From: Octopus bimaculoides
Lineage: Eukaryota
Direction of reading: 5' to 3'
DNA length: 63,742 bases
Assembly (NCBI RefSeq): GCF_001194135.2
Contig: NC_068990.1
Location: 3,755,346 to 3,819,087, forward strand
Made by a program: the position numbers and the translations under genes. Below, in pieces: positions 1 to 14,251 of this stretch (the stretch's first letter is position 1; each line of letters starts with the position of its first letter). The notes beneath the pieces are model-generated. The model ran no database searches, was not told the origin of the DNA, and saw only the letters and a program-made list of their open reading frames with translations.

Positions 1-517
1 GGAGGAGGAGGAGGAGGAGGGGGGGAGGAGGAGGCGGATGGGAAATAATATCAACAACACATAAAATCAGCAGAAAAAATACCCTGGGAATGAGAACAGA
101 GTACCTCTTTAGTCAAAAAAGTGTGGAAACTGTCCGTCCATTGTAAATAATGTCCAAACAAAGAACCTTGTTTTTATCCGATGTTAACTTTGGAGAATTC
201 TTGATATCGTTCTCCACCTTCGTGTAATGAACTGATTTCAGTTGCCATTTCGTAATTGTCATGCATCTTCCAGGGGCGGGTATAATTTAAAATAAAGAAT
301 TCATGTACATTTGATGTACGTGTATTTGTTTATGTTGCTTTTATATATACAACTGACCACCCCGACTTATTTCTCTTAGCTCATTATCCATTTATGAAAA
401 TTGAAATATAATTTACAACATTTAAAAATTATGGAGAACATCTACGAGATCTCACGGCATGCTTAAATAGCAACGCGATCTCCTTCGAATAACATTCGTC
501 TGTGTTTCTGTAACTGC

Positions 518-561
<44 letters not shown>

Positions 562-1892
562 CGATAGATAGATAGAGAGATAGATATTAAAGCGGAGTAG
601 TGATCGCTATAACGTTTTTGACTCTAAGGCCTGCACGATCAGCGTTGATCAGGGTTCAAACTACGACGTATAAAGTTGAAATATGTTCAACCTAAATACT
701 TAGTTTTCACATAAGCAGCCTCCTGTGTTTATTTATATTATTTATTATAATAACATTTATATATCAGTCAATTATCAAATTCAAATGCGTACAATTAATT
801 AAACATTAATTTCTTCAGCAATTTTTAATTCTAGAGGACTTTTTTTTCTTTGTCTTTTCAGTTTGATTTGCTATTATTTTATTTTATTTATTTACTTTTT
901 TATTTTTATTTTTTGTCTTTTTACTGCATTATCGCCGTTTCAGGTATTCTAGATATAATTGAACACACTACAGGGATGAGATGAAAGACTAATGTTAATA
1001 GCTAAATACAAACGATAATGAAAAGTCAATTATAATTTGATACTACATATTCTGTTTATATAATTTTCAGCTATAATTGCTAGATTATATTTGTTTCTAC
1101 ATATGATTTTATATCAAATTTCTTGCCAAAAATTTATAACAAAATTATATTGCAAAGAAGTTACGCAACCATGAGACGAATAAATGAAACTGTAAATAAA
1201 AAATATATATACAGATAAAATGCCAGTATAAAGCACTAACTATTTTAGATCCAATTGAATTTATTTCACGATTCAAACAACATTTCATATCACGGAAATG
1301 GATGAGTTGAAACCTTGCTTAACAATAATGGAAATATTTATTACACAACAGAAATAGTCGACGAGGTAATGCGCGAGTGAACATATGCACAAACGCACAC
1401 ACACAAACACATCAAACACACACACACATCACACACAGACATATACACACACGCACACAGACACAAACACAAGAAGTACACACACACACACACATACATA
1501 GACTTACACACAAACACACACATTGATCAGAAATATTCACATTTGCGTTCCAACGTGTAGTTATCCGATTGTACATCACCTCATAGGTATTTAATCGTAT
1601 GGTCCTTCTTGTCGTGACAATCAGACATACCAGGACCGAGGAGAAATCCAATATGTCTTACGTCAAAACAATTCGTAAAATATGATTATTTGTATAACGC
1701 GAAATTATATCTCGCAAATGTCATTAAGTCTTCCCTGACGACGACACAGCATTTTCACCGAATCAGTTTTATTTCCCATCGTGCTCTTCCTCCTCTTTCC
1801 TCTTCTTCACTTTATCTAAAATTATCAGAAGAAACGTGACTTTATTGAAACTTAATGATTCGTGAAAGTTGTGGTTTTATCGTCATTTATTT

Positions 1893-2600
1893 GAGGTGGT
1901 ATTAAAATGTTCCCGGACTAGTTGTGCTTAATATAAAAACAAACTAATTTACCAAAGTTTTAACAGCATCTCCTTCAAAATAGTCACCTTGCACAGCAAT
2001 ACACCAGTCTCAGCGTTCCTGCCACTTTTGGAATCCGACCTGGAAATCGTTTTCCGTAAGCGAGTCGAGGACCTTCTGCGATTCACTCTTGATGTCGACA
2101 ACGGTGTTAAACGGTGCCTTTTGAGATGCATTTTCATCTTGGAATATAGATGGAAGTATGCATGTTCTAAATCTTGCAGATAGGGCGGGTTCGGAAGCGA
2201 CGCCATGTTTTTGGCGAGAAACTCACGTGTGTGGAGAGCTCAGTAACAGATTGCATTGTTGTCGTGAAGAATCCAATTCTTCAAGACGTCGCAGTAGAAT
2301 ACTTGATTGACAGTCTTTCCCTGAGGGACGAATTCTCGATGTACAATACCGCAGATGTCGAAAAAAACGATGTGCATACTCTTGACTGAACTGCGGCTGC
2401 CATACCTTTTGAAGTGCTCCTGTCACTTGAAACACTGCGTACAACTAATTGTTCCGTGGACACAAGCTTGCCGAAGCATGCTTAATGTCACTGTAGCAGA
2501 CTTCCCAAGTTGGCTCTTTGTTCACCTTTCAGTCCATGGCAAAAATTGTAGACTACAGCATACACGTAATCACAAAAACTCGAATTTCATAACTTGCGAA
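1893..2600 (-). mobile_element. Internally deleted mariner (DD34D-type) transposon remnant
   Basis: Minus frames: EQRAN..LGKSATVTLSMLRQA (N-terminal HTH); VKSMHIVFFDICGIVHREFVPQGKTVNQVFY; WILHDN; LPNPPYLQDL (HPPYSPDL motif); FQKWQER*DWCIAVQGDYFEGD. TIR-like gaggtggtattaaaatgttcccggact at 1893. Stops and frameshifts present. Confidence 0.9.
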
Positions 2601-2644
2601 TTATACACAGCAATGTCCCAGAACAAGAGCTATGTAATACTGCC

Positions 2645-3017
2645 TTCCACCGACGCCACCTAAGACATATCCTAGATATGAGTTACCAACAATGACGTTC
2701 TGGCCTATTCCCAGTTTCGTCATCCACCTGTGACAATGACATCTACACTGACTGATCCAAATATATTGTATCGTGCACAAGAAGATTCCTAAAGATATAA
2801 TCAAAAGGGAGTTGACTTCTGGAAAGAGTAAACGAGATCCACCGCGTGTTCGTCTCAAAACTATCTGCAAGAGAGCCACTAACTTTCTTTACATGAACGT
2901 TGAAAGGTGAAAGAACATGGCAGTTGATTGCTCTCACTTCAAATTGAAACGAGGAATGTGTCTTAAAAGGCGAGACGGAGGCTCGATATCGCAGCTAAAG
3001 GAAAACGCACCAAAGTA
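2645..3017 (+). mobile_element. RTE-clade LINE, C-terminal ORF remnant
   Basis: FHRRHLRHIL..TNNDVL and KIPKDIIKRELTSGKSKRDPPRVRLKTICKR resemble the RTE C-terminal pattern FH.RCLRRIL..ITN.EVL / RIPK.LLYGEL..GKR..GRP.LR.KD.CKR. Confidence 0.75.
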
Positions 3018-3961
3018 AAATATTAAAATATTGCTCCCGCATATGGAATAGTGTTGCTCCTGCGCACAAGGACATCTCGAACTATATTCAGGATTGACCA
3101 CTCGATTGATTAACATTTCATTTCTAATGAAACCATCCAGCTGCTCTTTCACAATATGTCTCTCCATCAGTCTCTCTATCTCTCTACCTCACTCTGTGTA
3201 TCAGTTAAATATCTCTTTCTCTCTCTCTCAGTCTCTCTCTCTGTCTCTCTCTTCCTCTCTCACTTTCTCCCGTCTAATATAAAGACTTCGGAACTGGTTG
3301 ATCTCGATCCGCCACCTCTCAGACATCCTTGACCCACATGTCTCATGGCAGTAATTCATGACTGAGAATCAATGATTTATTTCTTTCTGGGAAAAGGTTA
3401 GTCTGAAAATATAGTTTAAAAACGCATCGAAAAATATTAAGGTGCAGCGAGAAGAAAATATATAGAAAGAAGGGAGAAGAGAGAAAGAGAGAGGGAAACA
3501 GGGATATTAAATAAATGAAAGTCTGAAAATGGGTTAACTACAACATGTTAAGGAGTTTGAGAGTGTTAGCATCGATTTCCCTAAGACGGCCAGAACAGTT
3601 ATTTTCGAGTGTACTTCGGCTTGTGTATGCAGGTGTAAAACCTCCGAATTGACATTTAGAGACATCTTAAGCGTGAGTCGGATCTTAAGTATCTGCCTTT
3701 TCTCCACTAGAAATAATTCGCATCTTCTCTCATGCATATTGTCCATGCGTTTTGATATATTCATGCATAACTATGTTTATTTGGTCGAGTATATGTATGT
3801 AGCAAACATAATATGGTCAGCATAATTTTCGCCATGATTAACTTCATTGTTGTTATCTCTGAGTACTTAAATATGCATCTCAGGTACACATAATCGTAAC
3901 GTAAACACCCATACATAGCACATACAAATATACACATATTTGCATATGTGTGTTTGGAGAC

Positions 3962-4033
<72 letters not shown>

Positions 4034-4516
4034 TGACTGATTGATTGGAAAACACATATACGCTTATGTTCTCACTACTAGAGCTAATAACCATGGTAAA
4101 TTGGAATAATTACGTTGCATGTGTGTGTTCGTATGTGTGTATATTTACGTGTATTTGTGTTTGCATATGAGTAATGAATGGTATCATTGCTATAGATCAC
4201 TATATTTTTGCATGTCACAACTAGCTTAGATGGTGGAAAATGCATAGCAAGGTGTAAATATGCGTAATACAAATGGACAAAATGGCTATTCACAACAAAG
4301 CTATATATTTTTGGCCGTTGTAACTGTGTTAAGTAGATGTATGCACTGTTATATTGTTGTGGCCATCTTTGAAATGGAAGCTAATCAAGAAGATAAATTG
4401 CCAATCAATGTCCATTTAGAGATAATCGACTACGTAATTGAAAGAACGCCACAATAAAAAGATGTGATTCATCTGTCACAATAAAGATTGAATATATATT
4501 TCCTTTGTACTGAACT

Positions 4517-4574
<58 letters not shown>

Positions 4575-4788
4575 TCAATGTATGTATGTATGTATGTATG
4601 TATGTAGGTATGTATGCATATATGTATGCATGTAGGTAAACAGACAGACAGACATACAGATAGATAGATACTCAAACACACATAAGCCAGATGCTACACG
4701 CTTACGCACATATATATGGACGTGTAAATATCCATGTAAGTACACACGCATATATATACATGCATGTATATATATACATGCATACATG

Positions 4789-4820
<32 letters not shown>

Positions 4821-4833
4821 TACACACACACAT

Positions 4834-4894
<61 letters not shown>

Positions 4895-5015
4895 TATATA
4901 CATATATGTATGTATGTATATATACGTATATATATTCACGCTTGTATGTGTGCATGTGTGCATGTATTTATATGTCTGTATATGTGTTCGCAATTTTGAT
5001 ATATTCTGTCCTTAA

Positions 5016-5227
5016 GGAGGCGAGCTGGTACTATTGTTAGCATGCTGAGCAAAACGCTTAAGGACATTTATCCGTCTTCACATTCCTTGTTCAAATTCTG
5101 CCGAGGTCTACTTTGCCTCTCATCTTTTAGAAAGTCGATAAAATAAGCACCAGTGCAACACTGGGATCGATGTAACCGATTTACTACCTCGCCTGAATTT
5201 TCTAGCCTTATACCAAAATTTGGAATC
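5016..5227 (+). mobile_element. Major tRNA-derived SINE, diverged copy
   Basis: Head ggaggcgagctgg, box-B gttcaaattctgccgaggtc, body gtcgataaaataagcaccag..ctgggatcgatgtaaccga; matches the other copies in the window. Confidence 0.8.
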
Positions 5228-5331
5228 GATATCTCTTGTCCTTCGTCTTGCCACCTAACAACTTAGTTTTATGACTACGACTCTAAACGCAAAAGACGCA
5301 CGTATACATCTACACATACACACATTTATAC

Positions 5332-5386
<55 letters not shown>

Positions 5387-5699
5387 CACACATCCATACA
5401 CTACATTTATATCTATATATATATAATGCATATATTCATGAATACATACGTACATATCTTTGTTGGAAACCGGCTCGCTCCTCAGTGGAAGATTTATAAT
5501 AATTACAAAATAGTAGACACATACGTACATAAATACATACATACATACATACATACATACATACATACATACATACATACATACATACATACAATATTTG
5601 CAAACAACTTGCATAAGGAAGTGCTTCCAGTTAAAAACTTCGCAGAGCAGATACTAACAACACATCCGTATTCGTTCTCTGCACCATACTTGAAAACAG

Positions 5700-6456
5700 C
5701 TTGACCCGATCTGAGCCAAAACCAAGTCCTTTCCGATCAATTTGCGCAGCATCCATAAGTGAAAATAGGATATTTATTTTTGTTGGCCGTTTTTACATCT
5801 GGTGGAATGCTCTTTATCTCTGGATCCTGCAATTCTCTTAGCACCATCACTGTTTGTATATTTCCTACTTTATAAATGTCAGCGATTGATCCCGGTGGAA
5901 ATTGCAGCGAGCCTCTTTTAAGATGAAAGGTTTAACTGTTCAATATCCGAGGTAGAACTAACGAACACATTGCACTTTTGTTCAATAGTTTGAACCCGTG
6001 AGAGCGCCATCTCGTATACTAGAAGTTGCCACGAAAAGCCTGTATATAAGCCAAACAGTACACAACATATTTTATACTTGCATAGTCGCTTTAAACCATC
6101 AACTGCTGTTGGTCTATCCTCAGCTTGCTTCATGATCTGACAATGTTCCAGCGTAAATACGCCCCGTGCACTTAATAGATTCTTCCTTGACTGTAGCAAT
6201 GCCTTTGCCTACTAGTTAAAGTTTCGATTCTTTCTTCACCCCTTTAATAAATGTCAGACTGCGTGACCTTTTGCTCTGAACTGCATCCTTGACCACTTTA
6301 TCAACTCGTCTAGCCTTGAGAGGGCATTGTGCATGATCCGTTTCTCTATCGATAGAAGAGTCGGGTCATTCATGAAAGCCTTCTTAGGTGATTGTATATA
6401 GGCCATTTGTTCTGAAATGTCTGTCGCTTCGAAAATCAGCTCCATGACAAGAATTA
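5700..6456 (-). mobile_element. HERO-like (RLE-type) non-LTR retrotransposon RT/thumb remnant
   Basis: Minus frames: ILVMELI..SPKKAFMNDPTLL (AFMDD motif), LDELIKWSRMQFR, KYKICCVLFGLY..SWQLLVYEMALSRVQTIEQKCN, TVMVLRELQDPEIK, AAQIDRKGLGFG. Collinear with HERO ORF motifs. Confidence 0.72.
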
Positions 6457-7367
6457 ACGTATGCATACATGTGTGTGTGTGTGCGCGCGTGTGTGCGCGT
6501 GTGTGTGCATGTATGTGTCTAAACACACACACAAGCACACGCACTCACACACACACATATCAATAAGTTGATTTAGCTCCTAGTGTTGCTTAAAGTTTTG
6601 CTGACGGGAAAGACATGACCAGCCAATTGGACTTTCAAAAGCAAAAAAAAACAAAAAATGGAAAATCATGAATTCTTCTTTATTAGAAAGAGAACTTAAC
6701 TCCTATTGGTCAGTTCGAGTGACCTTGTTGTAGTGATAACCCAGGGACAACAGATCTAGATGCTGAAGGACAATCATCGCTTTAGTCGTGGGGATTGGTA
6801 ACAATTGGTTCATGCGATATACGCTCCTTCATCGGGCGATACAATGCTTATTTTTCCGTAGAAAGAATAGCATCACAATTTCTGAAACTCACTTGATCAA
6901 AACAGAATACACATACCTAACTGAAATTAATACGTTGCCGCAATATTAAACCAACCACAATGGCTCTAACACTCCGCGGCTCCACGTGGATGCGATTGAG
7001 GAATGTCTTTTACGTTATAGAAAGAGTTTCGCGTTCGATTTTTTTGGTTACATTCCCGTAGACGTCAGAACTTAACGACGTCTAGTGTAGATAAGAGAGG
7101 TGTGTCTGATGATCATCGCATTCTAGATTTCTCTATTTCTAGCTTCTTATCTTTTCATAAAGCCACAATTTTCTTCAAAATATTCATGTGTGTGTGTGTA
7201 TTTCATGATCGCCACATTCTAGGTATGTTTATATATCTAAATCTAGCTACTTATATTTTTTCAAATTCACAACCTTCTTCAAATATATTCATGTGTGTGT
7301 GTGCATGTATGAATATATTTTCACGCATACACATATGCATGCATATACATCCATACATTTATGTAGG

Positions 7368-7414
<47 letters not shown>

Positions 7415-7769
7415 TGGTGTGTATGTGCACTCACCTATATGTGCGTGTGTGTGCGCCTGTGTGCGTGCGCCTATGTATAGTCATCCATTGATATTCACCC
7501 GTCGATAAGACTGACATTTGATGTTACTGATTACATTCGAGAATATCTGAGCGATTGACCTTCATCTTCGCCGAATCAGCATCTCAATATCACTATGAAA
7601 TTATCTGAGATATTTTTAGTGTAACTTTATGAGAATTTTTGTGAATATTTCCTGATCCTCACATAATTTTCATTTCAGTCAGGTGTATTTTGTTTTGATG
7701 AATTCGATCTCTGGGCAGCTGCAAGCAACTTAATTGATATTTCTGATTGATCTCATAGGCTATGCATAA

Positions 7770-8205
7770 GTCGGCGAACTTAGAGAGAGATTAGCACGCC
7801 GGGCTAAATGCTTAGCTGCATTTCGTCCGTCTTTACGTTCTGAGTTCAAATGCTCATAGGGTCAACTTTGCCTTTCATCTCCTTTGGGGTCGATAAAATA
7901 AGTACCAGTAGAGCACTGGGGTCGGCGTAACCAACTTATCCCCTGACCAGGATTTTGCTGGCTTTTGTGCCAAAATTTGAAACGATTATTGCTAAGGCGG
8001 CGAAGTGACAGAGTCGTTAAGAAGCTGGCGAAATGCTTAGCGACATTATATCCGTCTTTACGCTCTAAGTTCAAGTTTCGCCGAGGTTGACTTTGCCCTT
8101 CATCCTTCCGGGGTAAATGAAATAAACACCAGTTACGCACTGGGTTCGATGTAATCGACTAGCCCTTCCCCCAAAAGTTTCAGGCCTTGTGCCATTAGTA
8201 GAAAG
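7770..8205 (+). mobile_element. Two tandem copies of the major SINE (about 7770-7985 and 7996-8205) followed by an (ATT)n tail
   Basis: Each has a ggcg..ttagc..aaatgcttag head, gagttcaaa box B, and a ggccttgtgcc(aaaatttgaaac)-type tail. Confidence 0.85.
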
Positions 8206-8375
<170 letters not shown>

Positions 8376-8664
8376 AATTTTATTCAACGCATAGATACTG
8401 AACGGTATACATATAAAGGATAAAATCCTNNNNNNNNNNNNNNNNNNNNNNNNNNNNNNNNNNNNNNNNNNNNNNNNNNNNNNNNNNNNNNNNNNNNNNN
8501 NNNNNNNNNNNNNNNNNNNNNNNNNNNNNNNNNNNNNNNNNNNNNNNNNNCCTTCATATATTTACTGTTCAGTATCTATGCCTTGAATAAAATGTATCTT
8601 TCTACTTGTTCTACAATACATTTCAACGCTTCGAAAAACCAAAACATGTTTGTTTACATACGGC

Positions 8665-8749
<85 letters not shown>

Positions 8750-9148
8750 GTCGGAGGTCTAAAAGAAGTGTTAACACGCCAGGCAAAATGCGTAGCGACA
8801 TTTTGTCCGTCTTTATGTTCTGAGTTCAAGTTTCGCCGAGGTCGGCTTTTTCTGTCACCCTTGCGAGGTCGATAAAATAAGTACCAGTTCAGCACTGGGG
8901 TTAATACGAGTGACTTATCACCCCCTGCGAATTTACTTTCCTTGTGCCAAAATTTGAAATCATTCTTATTAACATTTTCGGCATCTCTTTCGCTTCTGTA
9001 CGTTCTATCTTCAAATATCGCCGAGGTCAACTTTGCCTGACATTCTTTCGGAATCAATAAAATAAAGTACTTGTTAAGTACAGCGATGCGTGTAATTATC
9101 TATACCTTTTTCCCACAAAATTGCTGGATTTGTGCCAAAATTAGAAAG
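8750..9148 (+). mobile_element. Major SINE copy (8750-8960) plus a partial copy (9010-9148)
   Basis: ttctgagttcaagtttcgccgaggtcggc..gtcgataaaataagtaccagttcagcactgggg..cttgtgccaaaatttgaaat. Confidence 0.8.
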
Positions 9149-9649
9149 AATTGTTGTTGTTGTTGTTGTTTTCATTAGTCCCTGGTACTCGTACCCAGCA
9201 TCTAGCTTATTTATTTTGAAAGCTTATTTGCCTTTTTTCTGTGCAATATTTAGTTTCGGAAGGTATAAGGATGTTTATGAGAGAGCATACATGTTCTTAT
9301 TTCATATATTTATATTATATCTGGACTGTTCGATCACCTGACATTTACAATCACCTGGCATATTGTAACCAAGTTATTGCAAAATATCGAATATGCGGTG
9401 TGCTTATAAAAAAATTATGTTCAGTTTCGACATAAAAATATTGCCATGTTACATAATGCATAATAGCTACCTACCCTGTTATATCTATTGATATATCTTT
9501 CCTGAGAACAAGGCAGTTTGTAATGAGGAGGTCAATATAATCTATATTTTGATTATACATTGTCTGCTGTTGACATTAGTCTTTTGTTTATTGACTTTAT
9601 GTTCGTATATATCTATATATTTGTGTGAGTGTGTGTGCGTGCGTGCGTG

Positions 9650-9699
<50 letters not shown>

Positions 9700-9729
9700 T
9701 CTCATTTTTCTTCTTTTTTTTCAGGCATT

Positions 9730-9960
9730 GATCTTGTAGAGCTAAAATCAAACCTTCCGTTTCTAACTTTAGTCGTAAGTTTTGCGCTATTTTTGGCTTT
9801 CATTTTGGCTCACTTCCTCTCTGATCAATCTTCCAGGATACTGACCATGGAGAAGCTTTTCTATCCATTTGTTCCTTTAATATATGTTGGTGTTCCGCTT
9901 TGATATTTTTGCTTCGTTTTGTTGATCTTGATTCTATTTGTATTTTAATCACTAAAATAC
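9730..9960 (-). mobile_element. Dong/R4-clade LINE remnant
   Basis: Minus translation WIEKASPW...LRLKLETEGLILALQDQCL matches the R4/Dong motif L..ETEG.I.A.QDQ. Confidence 0.75.
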
Positions 9961-11766
9961 ATATATGTATAGAAATTATGGGTTGTCTTTATGTGTAGAT
10001 ATTGGGAATTTCACACGACGAATTTGTTATTTGTAATGGGGCTAGACACCAGAAAAGCGGTGATTGAGAATCTTCCGAAAGAACCATCTTCTTAAGGGAT
10101 CTAATCGTAACTTTATTTATTCTGTCCTTTTTGTTTATTTATTGTAGTCATTTAAAGTTTCTATTTGCTCATAACTTTGTTGATATACTCTTACATAAAG
10201 CTAATGTCGGGAACCAGAATAGATCATTGCTCTCACATCTGAAACTACGCAGCTACTTCACATTCTTGACTGCATCTAGAAAATGGGTGCCCTACTGACT
10301 GGCCTAAAGTCACAAATAGACACTCATTAGTCTCTGGTTCACACATTCACTGTCGCCTCTCAGAACTTCTACTGTTATTGAAGTATTTTCTTCTCCTCAG
10401 ATGTGACCAGATACATGCCATGTACACAGAAGCAATTCCAGCCGACTTGGCCGTCCTTTTCTGGTCATCTTCTTCCGTTCAACCCTAAGCACTGCTTTAA
10501 TTGCAACAACCAATCCTTTCTTCAGAGAATCTGTGCGCGCTGGAATTTTTTCCCGCATTTATTGACTAACAAAGACTCAAGAGGAACACTAATGGCACCA
10601 ATCTCACCGGTCTAAGTTGTCCTGTGAAGTCCATGAGTGCTGTGCCTTCTCCAGACGCAGCAAATCAGAAATGGTTATACTATTTAGATACGTTTTTGTA
10701 AAGTGTGCTATCTTTAAAAGAATTCGATTTTATTTGTGAGTCCTAATAATATAAATTACTATCAAAATTCACTACCAAATGTCTTTTTTAAACCTACCTC
10801 AACAGAGTGTGTGCTACATATAATCAACCATACCACTTTTGAAACCATTATAGAACCACCGTTATATGTTTCATGTGTCTCCGGCAATGTAGTCGCCGAT
10901 TCTGCATGTATGATTTGAAATATTACCTACAATAAGAAATTATCAATTTACAATGAATTTTAACCACATTTGATTTGCTCAGTTGTAGAATCAAAGACGT
11001 GTTTGTTTGTTTTTTATAATATATCATCAATATATCATCATCATCATATATTGATGTTGGAGAAGTAAGATACAATTTTTCGTGTCATGGCTGCACCTAT
11101 AAAAGCAGATTGACTCAGGACGGCAAAAAAAGACAAAATGTATCACAGTAATAATTCCAGTTTTGTTTTTATTTAGTAGTGAAGGATGAATTATCCCCCT
11201 TATACGGTACTCAGTTGCGGTGAGGTAGAAATAGACCATTCCAGACCGTGTTCTATTAATTGCAAGCTACAAGCTCTTGAACAGTGAATACATTTCTTCT
11301 TCCATTATCTAATAAGCGCGCGTCTTCAGAAATCGCACATATCACACACTTTCCTATACGTTGTTGTAAATATAGGCAGAAGTGATCGTAAGATTTATGG
11401 CATCCATGTTCATTCTTGATCTTCTTGAAACCTTTATATCAAAATCAATCAATTAATGAAATATCTGAAATATGACCTATGAAAAATGTTTAAGTAAAGA
11501 CATAGTTAATTAGCTTTCTTAGAAAATTCTAAATTTGATTCGGTTAGACATTTGAAAATCAGTTATTTCCTGATATGTCAGTCTTCTGCAAGAGTCTAGA
11601 ATCAGCTAGAATCTTACTAATGGATCCTTTCAGTTTGCATTACACACACATGTACTCGCATGTACACAAACACACACATATATATATATGTGTGCATGTG
11701 TGTCTGTGTGCGTGTACAGGTGTTTATACGTATGTCTGTATATATATATGTATATATATATATATG

Positions 11767-11805
<39 letters not shown>

Positions 11806-13785
11806 TATGCATGTATGTATGCATGCATGCATGTATGCATGTATGTATGATTGCATGCATGTATGTATGTATGTATGTATGTATGTATGTATGTATGTAT
11901 GTATGTATGTATGTATGTGGTATGCGTTTGTATGAGTGTACGCTACGAAATTCAACCACCAGAGGAATATATGCCACAAGAAAAAGGTATAGATAAATAT
12001 CAACACAAAACACTAAAGGTTTCAAATATAATTGAATTCATCTCACAAATTAAGCTATATTGAATATCATGGAAATAGATAAAATGAAATGTTGCTAAAT
12101 AATAATGGAAATATTAATTCGATGAGTAAGTTATACCATAGATTAATATCTTCAGGCGTCTACAGTATCAGCAGAGTTACATTGTGTATAAATCGGTGAG
12201 CTGGCAGAAAAAGTTTATGGCGATTGCGACTTGATACATTACAATATTTTATTTCTACCCCGTCATTTCTGATTTTAATACTTCCGCCGGGGTGGCTTTT
12301 GCCTGACATCATTCAACGCTTGATAAAATCAAATATGCTAATATAATACTTTTGGCCTGTAACAATCGACCTATTCTGCTCCTCTCTTACAAATTAGTAA
12401 CCTTGCGTCAGTGTACAAATATTAATTTAGCTACAAATTCACAGTTCAGTTCTCTTCATATTTCAATGGTACGTTATAAAAAGGCTAATTTTTAGGCGAA
12501 AGATTTATCAGTTTGGGGTGATTAGGCTACGTTATGGATAATTGTGATGGAGAACATTTTAAATGCTTCTACTCTAAGAAGCTAAGGGGCAATCAATATG
12601 ATTACGGTAGAAACGACTTTCAAAAGTTTAATACTCTTAAGATATACATTATATGCATTTATTTAATGAAATACTAAAATGACGGGTAAGCGGCCAAGAT
12701 GTCTGACCATTTAGTTGAAGAAATTCCCGCATTGTTACCGCTTTTTCTCTATCCCATGACCTCAGAGATCTATGAACTCGACAACAAACCTTAAAAAACA
12801 CAAAGTACCCATTGCTTTTACAGTACTATCGCTACTTAAGTTGTTTGGCAGTTCATCCTACTCGTTCTTCACGGCATAGTCATCAAAACCGTTGAATGTC
12901 GTTGTTAATGTGGAAACTATGATATCGCTCTAAAGTTTCCTAATACTAGAAGCAGTCAAGCATTCGTTGAAATACTTTCCTCTTCGAAATCTTTGATAAA
13001 TAGTTTCTATGATCTAGTTTATCTTTCACCCGTTTAGAATAGATAAAATATTCAGTGTGGATTTAGTTTTACCTCACACAGCATGTACTTAACTATTTAT
13101 GCAAAGATTCTGTTGCAACTGTCTAGAATGTTTCTCTTGTACAATTAGAGCGTCGATTAAGTCTATCGCGCCTGTCCACGTTAGTCTATAGAGTATGTGA
13201 TGTGTCCTTTCACCTCAAACCATATTATGAAACAAACTGCACACTACATAACGCTCAAACAATAACCTTGAACCTAATAAATAACCCAACGAGACACCTT
13301 CGAGGTATCACTCGATTTATTATGATAAGAAGCTAAATCGCTCTCTCAAATCACACCCAGCTATCATAAAAGTAAAGGACACATTGACCAACGTAGATCT
13401 AGAGGTTAAAATAAATACGATCATCAACTGGTGGGAATACCGTTATCATTTGTGTGTGCGGGTGTGTGTATGTATACACACACACACATAGGTTTATATG
13501 TTTCTTGTTGCAGTTTAATTTTAAAATTAGTGTTGAATCCTGCCTATATTTGATTAGATACTGTTTACGTAGGGTAAATGTGTTTGAAACTTGTGTGTAT
13601 TGTTTCTAGGTATGTTTATTCCCAAACAGCACTTCTTTTAGTGTTGTTGACACCGGATTCACAATATGGGGGGTGGCAGCTGATGATGGGTGTATGTTGG
13701 ATTGTTGGTACGGCTGGTCTTGTATTTGTGGAATAGTGTTATAATACATCCTTTTGATACATATATATATACATATATATATATT

Positions 13786-13865
<80 letters not shown>

Positions 13866-14251
13866 CGTGCGCGTGTGCGTGATTTTCTACAGGCAGTGAA
13901 AGAGAAAGAGACCCATAGATGCTCATTATAAAAAACACGTAGAAGTATTCAAATGATTTGAACTGACACACAGAAATCTTTATCAAGGAATACGTCCGCG
14001 GTGCAAAGAACGACTATAGGAGGAATCCATGAGAGATAACATGGAGTTAATGATGCAAATACAGAAAACACGTAAAACTGTTCTGTAGATATATAAACCT
14101 CCACATGCTTATATATGAATGTTCCTCTCCTGAATATTTTCAGCTTTCGTTTCTCTCAATCTATATTCCTATATGTACATATATTTACATGTATATATAT
14201 ATATATGAATGTATACTTTATATATCAAGACGAAGCGTGTTTACTCGCTTA

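Noticed and set aside
7679-7750. Acceptor plus SGVFCFDEFDLW.. (MCM/AAA Walker-B-like)
   Set aside because: Stops after 23 codons, has no donor and no other ATPase motifs nearby.
10230-10640. Possible Tc1 or RTE remnant on the minus strand (GLNGRR, VTSEEKK, KGRP)
   Set aside because: The motifs are weak, give conflicting family assignments, and are out of order relative to GGSIMV at 10850.
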